NCBI GenBank assembly: GCA_023205875.1
Contig: CP060772.1
Span: 310,001-374,000, forward strand
Source: Chloropicon primus
Taxonomy: Eukaryota
Length of the DNA stretch: 64,000 nt
Reading direction: 5' to 3'
Below the pieces are notes generated by a model. It ran no database searches. It was not told the DNA's origin and was given only the letters and a program-made list of their open reading frames with translations. This document shows positions 21,223-33,243 of this stretch, in pieces (the stretch's first letter is position 1; each line of letters begins with the position of its first letter). Made by a program: the position numbers and the translations under genes.

Positions 21223-22140
21223 CTACAATTCGGACTTGGCCTTTCCCTTCTTCTTCTTCTTCTTCTTCTTGGGAGCTTGCGCCTTGGGAGAAGGCGACGA
21301 GAACGGGTCCACAGTTTTGCCTGGAGCACTCGAAAGGAACGACGACGACGACGGAAGAATCAGTTAACAAAGTCAAAGTCGGTGCAGAATCAGTGGAAGC
21401 CACTCCCTCCCAGCACATTGCCATGAAAGGCAATGCAAAAGTCCTCGTGGTGGACTCACCTGCTGGCCTCGCCCTCTCCTCGTCCTCATCCCAGACGTAA
21501 ATCGTCTTGTCCATCTCAAAGTGCTTGACGTCTTCGTGCTTGAGAAAGAGCTCCAAGTATTCGCCAACGTCATTCGAGTACTTGACTGAGAGGAACAATC
21601 TGTCCTCGTTGACAGCAAAGACGGATTCCTCGTAGCCACCCAGCCTGAGCCAAGACCTGAACTTGTGGGCCAGCTTCTGCTGGTCCTTCTCCTCCCTCAC
21701 CGCCTTTGGCTTCAGTTGGACAAACACCAACTGCGGGCTCGCGGCGTCTATCCTGTTCTGCTCATCGAGCTCCTCGCCCCATGCCAACCAATCCTCATCC
21801 TCTTCGGTATCCTGCCGAGTCAAACCAATCAAGAAAGAGGAGAGAGAGAGAGAGAGAGCACAAGTGAAGCAGAGCACACAGTAGCGTCAGCAAAGTTCTG
21901 GCAGAAGTGTCTTCCACCCAGAGCCCGCCCCTCTCGCACGAAGAGCACCCAAGAAAACCTGGATGCCAACTCCACCGAGCTTCAGAAGGATGCAAGCGAA
22001 GTGTTACTTACGACAACATCCCTGAGATCGTGTCCTACTGTTGTCTGTCCTTCCACTGGTCTTGTCACTTGTGCCAGGAACAGGCACAAGCCCAGCACGA
22101 GCACGAGCGTCGCCGAGGCGTGCCAGGAGTGCCCTCGCAT
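21223..22140 (-). CDS. MESD: MESD-like ER chaperone, 3 exons, 192 aa
   Basis: Exons 22140-22012, 21811-21460 and 21320-21223 join in frame. Signal peptide (MRGHSW...LVLVLGLCLFLA), EDEDWLAWG, PQLVFVQL..., VFAVNEDRLFL, and a C-terminal poly-K plus KSEL stop (ER-retention-like). Confidence 0.75.
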
Positions 22141-22263
22141 CTCCTTCCTTCAAGCAGGGCAGCCGAGATCTTCCGTTGGGCTTCAATCATCGAGAGGGAA
22201 AGGAAGGTGAGACGCAAACACGTCAGTGGCTTGCCTCTTGGCGAAGCAAACGAGGAGCTTGTC

Positions 22264-22530
22264 CTTCGTGACAAAGTGGACTACCCAAGTGAGGTCCTGG
22301 GCTCCTCACAGTGGAACCAGTGGGCCATTTCCTTCGAGTAAACACTCTAATGAAAGCTGATGAGAAGGAGATTCTGATTGTTTCTCTTCTCTCTTGCTTT
22401 GGCCCTCTCTTCCGTGCGTAATCAGGGGAGGAACTCCTTCGTGACAAAATGGACAACCATGCGAGGTCCAGGGCTCCTCACAATGGAAACAGTGGACCAT
22501 TTCCTTCGAGTGAACACTCTGATGAAAGAG
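22264..22530. repeat. Diverged local duplication, ~93-bp core with 173-bp period
   Basis: CTTCGTGACAAA.TGGAC...CCATTTCCTTCGAGT.AACACTCT.ATGAAAG at 22264 and 22437. Confidence 0.9.
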
Positions 22531-22701
22531 GAAGAGAAGCTGGTTCCAGTAGTGCCCTCCGTTGTTGCTTTACTCCCCTCCATCGGTAGCAATCTTCCTT
22601 CAACTTACCTCTGGTGCGCCACCTCCTTGAAATGCTTTGGTCCACAAGATGAAAATGAAAACCAAAAAACACAGAACACAGAAAACACAAGAAAATTCAT
22701 C

Positions 22702-22907
22702 GAAAGTCACAAGAGGAGGTGAGTTTGAGCGCGAAAGAGAAGCAAAGGTGGAGACTTGGAGCAAAAGATCCGGTCGTGGATGGAAGCTTGACCTCAAGAG
22801 CTTTCCATAGACCCCTCACTTGGCGAAGATGACGCTCGGGGGAAGATTTGACAACTGAAACCAGCTCGTTTTCTCCTATTCTGCAGTGAAGACAGGTGAG
22901 TTTGGAG
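22702..22907 (+). repeat. Dispersed ~205-bp repeat, family C, copy 1 (GT-AG intron + micro-exon-like cassette)
   Basis: Near-identical inverted copy at 52437-52640. Confidence 0.9.
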
Positions 22908-23368
22908 GCGGAGGGAAGTTCGAGGTTGGCACCCCGAGTCGTGGAGCTGGCACAGATGAAAGCATCACGTCATGATCTTTCCGTGGAGCATTCGCACGAA
23001 TGATTTGGTCCAGTGGTGAAGTTGTGAGAGACTGAAACGAGGCCTCTTTACTTTGGCTCTTGGGTCTCTGGCAAGGTTTCATACTTTTCCAGGGAGGAGG
23101 AGAGGAGGAGGAGGAGGCACAAGCGGTTTCCAGGGTTTGGAGACTGGTAGGGTACCTCTCCCACTTGGTTGCCTCACTCCCACTTGCTCTTCCTTCAGCT
23201 GGGGTGAACTTGGTCCTTGGCTAAAGCACAGCTGTACCTTGGAGTCAAGGAGGAAGGGGCAGAGGTGGTGGTGGTGGCCGTTGTCTGCCAAAGGTTCCGC
23301 CTTTGTTACCTTCTTGGGACTTGGTCCAGCGTAACGGGCTCGAGAGTAACGGCTGTGACGGTGGCAGG

Positions 23369-25001
23369 ATGGACTTCGATGCGGATGACTTGAAGAAGAA
23401 GTATGGCAAGTACCTCCCAGCTGGAGCAAGCGCAGGGAAGCTTCAGCGGAAGGTTAGGAAGGTTGTGCACCGGGTGGAGAAGCGCTTGAAGGAAGTGAAG
23501 TTCAGCTTCGCTCACTTGATCTTCATCTTGGGTTTGTTGTTCATGACGGGGAACATCGCGCTTTCCTTTCGCTCTCATCACAACAACAAGCACCACGGTC
23601 CCACTCCTCAGGCGGGGCACCTCAGCGAAGCGGCCAGGAGCAGCAGCGGGCAATCGTCCGTCCTCGCGGCAGTTGCGGGGAAGATCGACTTGGCGAGGGC
23701 ATCCACGACGGCGCAGTCGAGAAAGATGGCATCATTCGGGAAGCTCCCCATGCCCGGCGGCTTCAGCGACAGGGTAGAGGACCTCATCAAAAAGTAAGTC
23801 CGCAATCATTCATTGCCCCCGTCTTCTCTTCCCCTCCGCATGCATGCATGTGCCGGGGATTGAACCGAACCTGACTGACTCTCCCTCTCTCTCCCGTTGG
23901 CCTCGTTGCAGGACCAAGTGCAGCACAAACTTTTTCCTGGCGTGGACAACGCCGGCGGAGTCGTTCACGCTCCGTTACCGGCGGACGGTGGAGAGCACCT
24001 TGAGGTTCCATCCTGACTCTTGTGTCATCGTCATCTCCCCCACTTTGCCCCTGGATTACTTCCAAGTGTTCTGGGACCTGGGGTACAACATCATCGTGGA
24101 GAGGCCTGAGACCGAGGAGCTGATCCAAGGGACGCCCGCGGAGCACTGGTGGTCCAACATCGAAAAGTGGAGGACCGGGCCGTTCTTCTTCAGTCACCAC
24201 ACGGAGATCCTTCGCCTGGCCACGTTGTGGCATTACGGCGGGGTTTACTTAGACACCGATGTGATCATCATGAAGCCCCTCAAGCCTGACTTGCACAACT
24301 GCTTGGGAACGGAGCTCGCGGGCAAGTACGGGGAGTCCAAGGTCCTCAACGGAGCCATCTTGGTGTTCGAGAAAGGCTCCAGGTTCATCTGGGAGGCCAT
24401 GCATGAGTTCAACTCCACCTACCGCATCGATTCTTGGGGCTGGAACGGCCCCGAGCTCGTGACCCGAGTGTCTCGAAGGTTTCAGCACCACCAGGCCCAA
24501 GAGAAGAAGGAAAGGATCGAGCTGAAGCAGCTCAAGAGGAGGTCCAGGGGAAGGACAAAGGGTGGCAAGCATTCCAAGACCTTCCAAGAGAGTGGCCAGC
24601 TCTACATGGAGAAGATGCAGACTTCAGCGAGCAACGAGATGGCGGCCAAGGATCTCACCGTCCTTCCCACCGACGCATTCTATCCCATTCACTGGGCGGT
24701 GGTCAAGAAGTATTTCACGCTGGAGGACATGCAGGACCAGTACAAAGTCTGGAACCGGATCGAGAAGAACACCTACCTCTTCCACTACTGGAACAAAGTG
24801 ACCAAGGACTTGGTCCCTGAGCCCGGCAGTCTGATGTACAAAGTCCTGAACAACTACTGCTTGCTGTGCAACGAGAGCGCGACGGATGACGGGCTCCCGC
24901 TCCGCCCCGCTTACGCCGAGGAGGAGGAGGACAACAGCATTGAAGTCCAAGATCCCGACGCCACCGAGGAGGAGGAAGAAGACACCACCGAGGAGAAGTA
25001 A
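23369..25001 (+). CDS. Alpha-1,4-glycosyltransferase (GT32/Gb3 synthase-like), 2 exons
   Basis: Exons 23369-23793 and 23912-25001. N-terminal TM; LRLATLWHYGGVYLDTD (DXD), WGWNGPELVTRV, FYPIHW, HYWNK. Confidence 0.92.
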
Positions 25002-25020
25002 TGGAGTCACACAAATGCAT

Positions 25021-25370
25021 TCCAACTTGCGCTCGACGACAGACACGACAGGAGAAGGAAGAGGAAGAGGACACCAACACTGAGCGAGTGAGCGTCGTCC
25101 TCCATCGATCAAGAGAAAGAAGCAGAGAATGTGGTGGTGGTGGTGGTGATGATGGACAAGCACGAGTCTTGCTTCCATCTTCCAACTTGCGCTCGACGAC
25201 AGACACGACAGAAGAAGGAAGAGGAAGAGGACACCAACACTGAGCGAGTGAGCGTCGTCCTCCATCGATCAAGAGAAAGAAGGAGAGATGAAAGAGAGAG
25301 AGAGAGAGAGAGAGAGAGACAATGTTGTGTTGGTGGTGGTGATGGACAAGCATGAGTCTTGCTTCCATCA
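25021..25370. repeat. Tandem duplication with 160-bp period (~2.2 units) downstream of the GT32 stop
   Basis: TCCAACTTGCGCTCGACGACAGACACGACA at 25021 and 25181. Confidence 0.92.
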
Positions 25371-25724
25371 GGACGAGGAGGAGAGCGTCCTCTCGATGTA
25401 ACAGAAAACTTTTTTCCATTTTCCTCCAAATTGATTTCATTTCAATTTTCATTTTTTTCCCGGGAAGGCGGCTGACGAAAACCCAAAGGTGAGGAACGAC
25501 GAGGATGACGACGACGACGACGACCGAGAGGGCAAACCACTCGAGGAGGGAGGAGGTTCAACGCAACCGTTACGTTTTCCTCTTTCCATCGACCCCTCCC
25601 TCGAAAGAAACGGACCAGGGATGAGAATGCAAAAAGACTGATGAGTTGGATTGATTGATTTTTTTTTTCATCCTGCTGCTGATGGTTGATGGATGGTGAG
25701 CAGAGGGAGAAGAAACTTTTGAAG

Positions 25725-27231
25725 ATGGCAGCTTCCTTCGTCGAGTCGGCTCAATCGATTGGCTCGGACTTCACGATTCATAACCTTCCTCTAGGCGTCG
25801 GTCTCGTGGATGCCAAGCCAAAGGTTTTGACTCGAATAGGAGATGAAGTCCTCAACCTGTGTGCGTGCTCGGAGCATGGATTGCTGAATGGTTCGGTCCT
25901 TTCATCAGAGATTGGAAGGAAAGCAATCGAGTCGACATCCTTGAATGCTTTGGGTGGTCTTGGTCCCACGGCATGGACCGAATTGAGGCAGACGGTGACC
26001 AGGCTGGTGTCCGCCCACGAGGGCGTCCTGAGGTGAGTGACGGAGTGACGGTGTCTGTGGGTTGTGTCTGTGGGTTGCCGTGATGGGTTTGGAATGGATG
26101 GAAGGAGCTGACCGATCGGAATGTCTTCCTGCTTGATGGTTGGATAGGGATGATGTGAAATTGAGGGAGGAGGTGCTGCTCAAGGCAAAAGAGGTGTCCA
26201 TGCTGAGGCCGATGAACATTGGGGACTACACGGACTTTTACGCTTCCAAGGAGCACGCTTCGAATGTCGGGACGATGTTTGGAAGGGACCCGCCCCTGAA
26301 CCAGAACTGGATCAACATTCCGATCGGGTATCATGGCAGGGCGTCTTCGGTGGTTGTGTCAGGGACGCCTGTGCGAAGACCCAGAGGACTCGTGATGCCT
26401 AAAGGAACGACGGAGCCGGTCTACAGCAAGTGCAACGTCCTCGACTACGAGCTCGAGATGGGATTTTTCGTGGGCCAGGGCAACGACCTGGGCTGGTAAG
26501 TCTTTCTTTGATCCTTCCGCTATTTGTTGTCCAACGCCGCGGTGCGTTCCGTAGTTCTGACCTTTGCCCATTGCTTGTTCCTCTCTCGCAGTCCCATTTC
26601 TTGTGATGACGCCAGGAAGCACATCATGGGCATGGTCCTCGTGAACGACTGGAGCGCCAGGGACATCCAAAAGTTCGAGTACGTGCCCCTGGGACCCTTC
26701 ACTGCGAAGAATTTCGCAACTTCGGTATCTCCCTGGGTCGTGACCTTGGATGCTCTGGAGCCGTTTAGCGAGGAAGCGGAGGAGCAGACTCTGGCCCAAG
26801 TCAGCAGCTACCTGTCCCACTCGTCTGGGAGGAAGCGAACGTCTTATTGCATTGATTTAGAGGTGTCGCTGTCTACTTCGGCCCACCCGGAGGTCGAGAC
26901 GGTGACCACCAAGTCCAACTTCAGGCACCTTTATTGGACGATCGATCAAATGCTGGCCCACCACACCGTCACCGGGTGCAATGCCATGACCGGAGACCTG
27001 ATAGCGACGGGGACAATCACGGGCAGCCGGGAGGATCCGATGAGCTACGGCTCACTCCTCGAGAAGAGCTGGGGCGGGACCAAAACATTCAAACTGAGTA
27101 CGGGGGAGGAAAGGAAATACTTGCTCGATGGCGACAAGGTGACTATGAGGGGCCGATGCGAGAAGGACGGAGTCCGCATTGGCTTTGGAGTCTGCGAGGG
27201 CACGGTCCTCCCCTGCAAGGAGGAGCAGTAA
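25725..27231 (+). CDS. FAH: Fumarylacetoacetase, 3 exons
   Basis: Exons 25725-26032, 26148-26495 and 26592-27231. Motifs DFTIHNLPLG, GDYTDFYASKEHASNVG, YHGRASS, LDYELE, NDWSARDIQ. Confidence 0.97.
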
Positions 27232-28012
27232 ACTCGCTACTAACTTAATTCACTTTTTTTTCAAGTCTGTCCCACCGCATTCCACTCGACGACGGCGGCG
27301 CTCATTCTATTGCTCCTGACGGCCCAATACAGGCATCTCTCCACATCCCAAGGGCAAGGTGGATCCTCTTGCTCGCTCCCCTCGTCACCGCCATCCTTCG
27401 AGCGTTACGCTCCCTCTTCCTAACGCTAACGCTTCGCTTCCTCACCCGAGCGTCACATCCTTCAAGAGAGGCTTCTTTCGAAAGATCAAGACACAGAGCT
27501 TCCCTCTGTTGCTTCTCCCTTCGCTACCTTCCTCGTCCTCGTCCTCTGCTTCCCTCTCTCTCTCCCTCTCTCCGCCTCTCTCTCGCTCTGCTCCGCTCTG
27601 CTCTCCCTCCAAAGAATCCTCACCACTGCATCGTTTCCTTCGAGCGAGGGCTCGTTCGAAAGAGCAAGACCAGACGTTTCGACTTGCTTCCCTTTCCTCC
27701 TCTCCTCTCCTCCGCCGCGCGCTCCACTCCTCACCTTCTCTCTCGCAACCGCGCGCTCCTCGCCTCAGGCCAGTGGCGGCTGCAGACTGGCGACGGCTGG
27801 AGTAACGAAGAGGTGAGTGTTCGAGGAGGCCTCACGGTCGGCGAGAGCAAAAGCAGAGGGGGTGTGACACACCAATGGATGCGTTTCGTTCTCATCTTTC
27901 GAATGAGTGGTCGCATGAAGGGATTGCGTTTCGGATGAACTGACTCGATTCCATTTTGTTTGGGATGGACAAGCAGGAGCAGGAGCAGGCCAAGGAGTAA
28001 GAGCAGGAGAGG

Positions 28013-30886
28013 ATGGTGACGAAGAGGAAGAGGAATGAGGCGAAGCGGATGGGTCGTTTGTATTCTTCAGGTGGCGGAGGCGGAGGCAGCAGAGGAGGAG
28101 GAGGAGGAGGGAAGTACAACCCCTTCGAGTACAAGCACGCTTCCAGTCGGTTTGATGTGTTAGGGAAGACCAAGGGCAAGAGGGTGCAGACGAAGCAAGG
28201 TGACGGCAAGGAGTTCAGAAGGACGCAGAGGACGAATGTGATGAGCAAGCATGACGAAGGGATCCGCCGGAGGGAGAAGAGCTTGCTTGTGGAGTATCAG
28301 CAGAGACATAGCGCGAATACTTTCATGGATAGGAGGTTTGGGGAGAAGGACGAGAGTTTGAACGAGGAGGACAGGGCTATCTTGAGGTTCCAGAGGGAGA
28401 GGGTGAGGCAAGCGAAGCGGAACCGTTACGCTTTGGATGACGGGGAAGGTGACTCGGAGGAGGATGGGTATGGGTATGGATTGGGGGAGGGGGAGGACCT
28501 GACGCACGGCGGTCGGAAGCTGGATGACTTTGATGACAAGGAGCTTGGGGGCGAGCTGGACTCGGACGACGGGGGTGACTTTGGGTTCGTGGCCAAAGGG
28601 AGTTACTCCACCGACAAGGAGTTCGAGAACATGATGACCGAGTTCCAGTTTGGGAATGGTGGGAAGGAGGTGGACGGCGGCGAGGCCGGGTCGGATGAGG
28701 AGGGAGAGAGGGAGAGGAAGAAGACGAAGAAGGAGATTATGCAGGAGCTCATCGCGAAAAGCAAGTACTTCAAGGGCCTGAAGGCGAAGGAGAAGGATGA
28801 GGTCGAGACCTTGAGGAACAAGCTCGACAACGAGTTCAAGGAGATCATGCAGGACCAGGACACCGTGGCCAAGATGTCGAGACTGAGAATGCTGAAGAAG
28901 GAGCAGAGCTTGAAACAGAAGAGCGAGAGGAAGACGGAGGCCGATGCGGGGTACGACAAGATCACCGAGGACCTCATCTTCGAGTTCAGGCAGTCGGGCG
29001 CCCAGGCCCAGCCCACGAGGGAGGAGATCGCCAGGAAGGCGAAGCAGAGGCTGGAGGAGCTGGAGAAGGAGAGGCAGCAGATGATTGAAGGCAAGGAGGA
29101 GCTCGAGGACGAGGACCCGGACAAGGTGAAGGGTTTCCGAGGGAGGAGGATGAGGCAGAAGCTCCTGGAAGAGGAAGGCGGCGCCGGGTCCACGGCATCA
29201 TTCAATGAGAGGCTCCGCAAGAAGAACAGCGCCTTGGAGGAGACTGGCGATGACCTGGGGGACGACTTCGTGCTCTCCGATGACGACCAGGGGGACTACG
29301 ACGACGACGACTCGGGTGATGGCAGCGAGTCGAGCTACTACTCGGAATCAGAGGAGAGCAAGGAAGACGAGGAGGGGGTCGTGGAGGGGATCGAGGAGGA
29401 CGAGGAGGAGCCTTCGAAGAAGAAGAAGGCGGACAAGGACGTAGAGGCAGAGAGGGAGAGCCTCAAGGTAACGGGGGAGGAGGCGTACCTGAGAAGGGCG
29501 AATCTGGGAGCCAAGCCCAAGGAGAGCGACCAGCACAAGGCCTCAAGCAGCCACAGAACAGTGAATGAGCTTGATTCCTCCATCCCTTACGTCATCGGCA
29601 TTCCCAAGACGTACGAGGAGTTCGACCAGCTCATGGAAGGTCGAACGCCATCGCAGCAGGCTGAGATTTTGCAAAGGATCAGAATCTCAAACCCAGTTTC
29701 GATGGGTCCAGACAACAGGAAGAAGGTGCAAGCCTTCTATGGCATCTTGCTCCAGTTCTTCGTGAACCAGTGCAAGGCGTGCCCTCTGCCGAGGGAGTTG
29801 CTGAACGTGGTTGTGCCCGAGATCCACACCGTGACGAGCGAGGTCCCCCTTTACGCCTCCACGGTGGCGAGGGCGAGACTCAGCCAGATGCACAAGCGCC
29901 TGCTGAGAGGCATGTGGCCGACCAAACACATGTTGGGAACCCTGGAGCTCTTCAACCACCTCTTCGACCCTCTGCAGCCGAGCCACCCCGTCCTGACGCC
30001 CATGCTGCTGGTCATGTCCAAGTGGCTTCTCTTCACGCCGACCCGCAGCGGGGTGGATGTGGCCAAGGGCCTGTACTTGGTGAAGATCCTGAAGAGGTAC
30101 GCCGAGCAGTCCACCGTGCTGGTCCCCGAGTGCATCAAGTTCTTGCACTCCATCGCAAAGCAAGTCAAGGTGGATTCAACCGAGCCGGGCCTCCTCGTTT
30201 TCCCGAAGAAGACCAAGGCCATCGGAAAGGCCTTGAAGACGAGCAAGATGGCCGTGGAAGACGTTCTCGACGCGGATGTCTCCTCGGATGACGTCAAGAG
30301 GTTTGAGACGGCACCTTTCAAGGTCTGCGCCCTCAACTTTGCCTACAAGACGACTGTAGACCTGTGCGACATGCACAAGAAGCTGCCCTCGGCGCCTGAG
30401 CTGTTTGAGCCCCTGGCACAGACCCTGAGATCCGTGGCTGATGACTTTGGCAAGTCGTCTTACGCGAGCGAGGCCAAAAAGTTGGGTGAGATGGCCACGA
30501 CCCTGGAGGAGATCATCCTCGAGTGCAAGATGAGCAGGCCTTCCTTGGGCAACGCTTTCAAGGAAGATGTGAAGCAAGTGAAGCAGTTCAATCCAAGGTT
30601 CGAAGAGGACTACGTCGCGGGAAAGGACTACGACATCGACAGGGACAGGTCGGAGAGAAAGAGGCTCCGAAGGGAATTGAAGCGGGAACGCAGAGGAGCG
30701 ATGAGGGAGCTGAGAAAGGACAACAAGTTCTTGGCCACGGTGAAGAACAAGGAAACGGATGCGCAGAAGGAGGAGCTCCAGAAGAAGTACAACAAGCAAT
30801 TCCATTTCCTGGAACAGCAGCAGTCGGACTTCCGCAGCGGCGGCCAGAAGGGGACGAATTTCAAGAAGCTGATGAAGAGGAACTAG
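28013..30886 (+). CDS. NOP14: Nucleolar protein 14
   Basis: NPFE...RFDVLG, NTFMDRRFGE, LTHGG, KTKKEIMQELIAKSK, FNPRFEE, RGAMRELRKDNKFL. Confidence 0.95.
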   Translation: MVTKRKRNEAKRMGRLYSSGGGGGGSRGGGGGGKYNPFEYKHASSRFDVLGKTKGKRVQTKQGDGKEFRRTQRTNVMSKHDEGIRRREKSLLVEYQQRHSANTFMDRRFGEKDESLNEEDRAILRFQRERVRQAKRNRYALDDGEGDSEEDGYGYGLGEGEDLTHGGRKLDDFDDKELGGELDSDDGGDFGFVAKGSYSTDKEFENMMTEFQFGNGGKEVDGGEAGSDEEGERERKKTKKEIMQELIAKSKYFKGLKAKEKDEVETLRNKLDNEFKEIMQDQDTVAKMSRLRMLKKEQSLKQKSERKTEADAGYDKITEDLIFEFRQSGAQAQPTREEIARKAKQRLEELEKERQQMIEGKEELEDEDPDKVKGFRGRRMRQKLLEEEGGAGSTASFNERLRKKNSALEETGDDLGDDFVLSDDDQGDYDDDDSGDGSESSYYSESEESKEDEEGVVEGIEEDEEEPSKKKKADKDVEAERESLKVTGEEAYLRRANLGAKPKESDQHKASSSHRTVNELDSSIPYVIGIPKTYEEFDQLMEGRTPSQQAEILQRIRISNPVSMGPDNRKKVQAFYGILLQFFVNQCKACPLPRELLNVVVPEIHTVTSEVPLYASTVARARLSQMHKRLLRGMWPTKHMLGTLELFNHLFDPLQPSHPVLTPMLLVMSKWLLFTPTRSGVDVAKGLYLVKILKRYAEQSTVLVPECIKFLHSIAKQVKVDSTEPGLLVFPKKTKAIGKALKTSKMAVEDVLDADVSSDDVKRFETAPFKVCALNFAYKTTVDLCDMHKKLPSAPELFEPLAQTLRSVADDFGKSSYASEAKKLGEMATTLEEIILECKMSRPSLGNAFKEDVKQVKQFNPRFEEDYVAGKDYDIDRDRSERKRLRRELKRERRGAMRELRKDNKFLATVKNKETDAQKEELQKKYNKQFHFLEQQQSDFRSGGQKGTNFKKLMKRN

Positions 30887-30954
30887 AGGCAAAGGTAAAG
30901 AAAAGAGTGGGACTCCGGTATTGTTTTACAAGCAACTATTTTATCTACACGCAA

Positions 30955-31441
30955 TCACGTATCTGTCTTGCCTTTCTTCAGGCCCAGGGCGCTCTTCCCG
31001 ACCTCGTACGCGACAAAGCGTATGCTGTTCTGTGGTATCACCTTGAGAATGTTAGCGGCCCAGCCGCGGTAAAACCCCCTGTACCCCTCGCTCCTCCAGA
31101 TGGTCCTGAACGCGTCCACCTGGCTCTTGTACGTGCTTCCCTTCATCTGCATCCTTCGCCGGATCGTGTCGAGGGGGTAGCAGCAAGTTGCAGCAAAGCA
31201 ACCGGTGATACCGCCGAGCACCAAGTTTGTGATTGGACTCTCCGCCTTGCTCCTCCCGTTCCCGTAAAACTGCTCCTTCACCAGGTCGTACGTCGCGAAG
31301 TTCAACGCAGCGTATGGTGCGATGCCCACCAGAGTCGGCCCAAGCCCCTTGTAAAGTGCGGCGTACCCCTCCTTGCGCACAACCGTTACCATCGCGTTGC
31401 CGAGGCCGGTGTACGGGTGCTGTCGTCAAGAGAGCCGCACA

Positions 31442-31506
<65 letters not shown>

Positions 31507-32123
31507 AAGCACGGGCAAGAGCCAACGAGCGAGTGAGTTTTACGGGACGGGCAGGCAGCGCGGGACTCTGGAATTCCTCACCTTGGGCATAGCGAGCCTG
31601 AGTCTGACCGTGTCGAGGGGGTGGGTCACCGCGGTGGCCGTCATCCCGGCAAATGCGCCAGCGATCAGCCGGGTGGAGACGCTGAGCGTGCCACCTTCCC
31701 CGGACAGGAGCCTCTTGTAGAGATCATTCGCCATGAGCTGGCAAGCAGAGTAGGGAAACACTCGCACGACGTTGGTGAAGTTTCCCTTCCAGAAGGCCAG
31801 GACGCCCTCCTCCGTGTAAATCTTCCTCAAGCTTTGGTACACGCCCGTGTAAGCCGTCGAGGTCATCCCGGAGGAAGCCATGGCCTTGGATATGCAACGC
31901 AGGGACCGAGCGAGCCAGCACGACGACGACGACGACGACAAGGCGTTAGTCAGCCCTTCTCCGTTTCGAAAAGGATGTGGCCGGTCCTCACCTGGACTTG
32001 AAAGAGGAGCTTAATTCGGTCCAAGGGAGCCGAGGCCGTACGAGCGGATGCACCTGCAATCCCCCCGGCCAAGAACATCTTCAACGGAACGTAAGCCCCT
32101 CCTCCCTTCTCCTCCTTTGCCAT
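30955..32123 (-). CDS. Mitochondrial-carrier-family protein (TAAC/EAAC-like adenine nucleotide carrier), 3 exons
   Basis: Exons 32123-31992, 31884-31582 and 31419-30955. Three PxDxxK/R motifs (PLDRIK, PLDTVR, PLDTIRRRMQ) and FWKGNFTNVVRVFPYSA. Confidence 0.92.
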
Positions 32124-33243
32124 CCTCTCCTTCCTAAACCTTCCTCAACCGCGCCAGCAATGAAACTTGCCGATGCCAAGGGAACGAATCGCCGACGGAG
32201 CGATGTCCTGGGATCAAAACCGAGCAGGAGAAGAGGACGAACCGCCGCGTGGGAACCTTCCCAAACACGAAAACGCTTCCACTTTCCAATGGGAACAACA
32301 ACTTCAAGCAGATCAAAATCACGTCAAATGGAACACTTCAAGTCGAACCGGAGTACCAAATCTTTCCAGCGACCACTCAATCGAAAGATGAGGAGACGTA
32401 GATTCTATCCGTGACGCTCTTCGCCGCTCCAGGACTCGACACCGTTCCCTAACGCATCCTCAAAGTCACTCAAACCCGTTGCTGAGAGCAATCCGATCAA
32501 ACATTTGTCAGTCTACCATCTTCACCAGGGCACCATTCTTTTCCATGGAGAGGTCTACGGAAAGATCTCGAGGTAACGGTTCCGCTCGTACCCGTAACGC
32601 ACGCTTCACACTTCAATCCTCGATGGTATTTCCCGCCCCAACCTTCGTGTCTGCCAATCGTTCTTCGCGGGAGAAAAACTTTGAATAGAATAGAGCTCTC
32701 TCTCTCTAGGGAAAAAGCAGTAAGACTCAAGGGGCGACACGAAGAGGGCTTCGGAGGACGGAGGAGAGCGATAGAGGAGGCGAGGAACACATCATTCCAA
32801 AGGTCTTGTCGAGAGCTTTCCAACGATACCTTACTTGACCCATTTGGTGCCCGGAGTGATCGATTAGACTCGAGTGTTTGAGAATTTGAACCAGAAAACA
32901 CCCGAGAGCTACACCTTGTCGAGGACGGTGACGGCGAGGACGGTAACGAGAGTGGGGGAGGAAGGTGTAGAACGAAGCTTTGACTCGAGGTCTTTCGATT
33001 GGTGGGTCGCACGCTTGGTTTGGTTACCGGAGTGTCGATTAAGGTCCGGTTCTTCGGAGCGAGAAGAGCAGAGGGTGGCCAAGGTGTGAAGCAGGGAGGG
33101 CAGAGAGGTGTGAGGTCGTGAGGGTTCTCGGTGGCAGTGGGGGAAAGAGGTTGGCGGGAGGTGGTTTGGATTGATTGAGTCGTTCACTGGACGGCGGGTG
33201 GGTCGTGTTTCCTTTTTGTTGGAGGGAGAGGGAGGGAGGTGGT

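Noticed and set aside
22350..22530. Hammerhead ribozyme (CTGATGA cores at ~22357 and ~22519)
   Set aside because: No stem II followed by GAAA, and no stem I/III pairing.
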